DNA of 63,668 bases, counting the filler, from Olpidium bornovanus S191 (lineage: Eukaryota > Fungi > Olpidiomycota): the NCBI GenBank assembly GCA_017911155.1. It is 27 parts of 27 records of this genome, joined end to end, with 100 filler letters (N's around TTAATTAATTAA, not from the genome) between each part and the next. Parts side by side here need not be neighbours in the genome. Positions count along the whole stretch, not along the records: positions 62,357 to 63,668 come from JAEFCI010012451.1; 26 more parts are not named here. One strand, given 5' to 3'. Shown here in pieces: positions 62,884-63,668 of this stretch. A program made the position numbers and the translations under genes. The notes below the pieces were generated by a model. It searched no databases and was not told the origin of the DNA. It saw nothing but the letters and a program-made list of their open reading frames with translations. The first letter of the stretch is position 1; each line of letters starts with the position of its first letter.

Positions 62884-63668
62884 GCGGTTTTCCGGCGGCG
62901 CCGGGCGCGCAACCGGACCCGGTTCCGCGCGAGGATGGCGGCGCCAGCTCGCTAGAAGAGGGTAACGCCGACGACCCTGCTAAACAGCAGGAGGAGGCAA
63001 CGAAGGAGAAAAAGGAAGACGTCGGCCCTCCGGCGGGGGCCGCGCCGCTCGCCGGGTCGAGCGAAGAAGAAAGCGAACGGCCATCGACGGAGGCGCCGGG
63101 TAATTCGGAAATCACCGGCGAGACAAAAGAGGAGGCGGAGGAGGCGGAGGAGGCGCAGCAGCCCCCGAAGGGCACGGACTCTTCTCTCCTCGACGTTCCT
63201 GTCGTCGGTAATCTCGCCGTCGGAATCACGGAGAAGCTTCCGGCCGTCACTGACGACGAGCTCCCGAACGACGGCTCCGCCCAGCCCGCCGTCGACGCAC
63301 TCCCGACGACAGCCGACGACGCACCCTCTGATTCCGTTACGCCTGCCGACAACGCACTTCCTAACGTCGTTCGGCTTGCCGTCGACACACTCCCGGACGT
63401 CGCTACGCCCGTCGGCGACGCACTCCCGGACGTCCTCACCCCCTCCGCCGACACACTCCCGGGCGCCTTCACCCCCCCTGTCGAAAACGCACCCCCAGAA
63501 GCTCCCGTCACGCCGGACGACGACGTACTGCCGGAAAACCCCCTCAAGCCCATCACCGACCCACTCCCGGACGTCCCCCTCACGCCCATCACCGACCCAC
63601 TCCCGGACGTCCCCCTCACGCCCATCACCGACCCACTCCCGGACGTCCCCCTCACGCCCATCACCGAC
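62832..63668 (+). CDS. Acidic, Pro-rich ORF open to the window end, with 12-aa tandem repeats (PITDPLPDVPLT)
   Basis: ATG at 62832 with no stop to 63668, so it is absent from the ORF track. A 36-bp unit is repeated three or more times from about 63551. Confidence 0.55.
   Translation, partial: MASSGDAATAGPVEESGGGFPAAPGAQPDPVPREDGGASSLEEGNADDPAKQQEEATKEKKEDVGPPAGAAPLAGSSEEESERPSTEAPGNSEITGETKEEAEEAEEAQQPPKGTDSSLLDVPVVGNLAVGITEKLPAVTDDELPNDGSAQPAVDALPTTADDAPSDSVTPADNALPNVVRLAVDTLPDVATPVGDALPDVLTPSADTLPGAFTPPVENAPPEAPVTPDDDVLPENPLKPITDPLPDVPLTPITDPLPDVPLTPITDPLPDVPLTPITD

Overview
This window is not one locus. It holds 27 short contig pieces joined by 26 artificial 100-nt spacers (44 N + TTAATTAATTAA + 44 N). 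The DNA is eukaryotic, GC-rich and intron-rich, with long poly-C/G/A/T runs. The histone H3 sequence and gene set point to a fungus, most likely an early-diverging lineage; an Olpidium-like or other zoosporic/zygomycete-grade fungus is my inference, not verified. Recognisable spliced genes, mostly partial: FRA10AC1, histone H3, PSF2, C9orf78/Tls1, cyclophilin H, PRP24, BMT2, mitochondrial GluRS, a Zrc1/Cot1 zinc transporter split over two contigs, an Agd3-like deacetylase, CBP3, histone H1, a DNAJC7-like protein, prefoldin 3, glucosidase I, Nup160/120, a PPP1R37/Mhp1-like protein, COG3 and BDF1, plus one intron-containing tRNA-Tyr. There are many Ty1/copia fragments and one Ty3/gypsy fragment. 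Most notable: (1) a gene resembling the p2 subunit of the MTA1c DNA N6-adenine methyltransferase complex; (2) six copia-type 5' ends with a half-tRNA-iMet primer-binding site, most next to very short candidate LTRs (about 77-134 bp); (3) frequent AAG 3' splice sites; (4) the Agd3-like deacetylase; (5) contig edges enriched for CATG. All gene identities come from remembered family motifs, not database searches. Exon boundaries were placed by hand.
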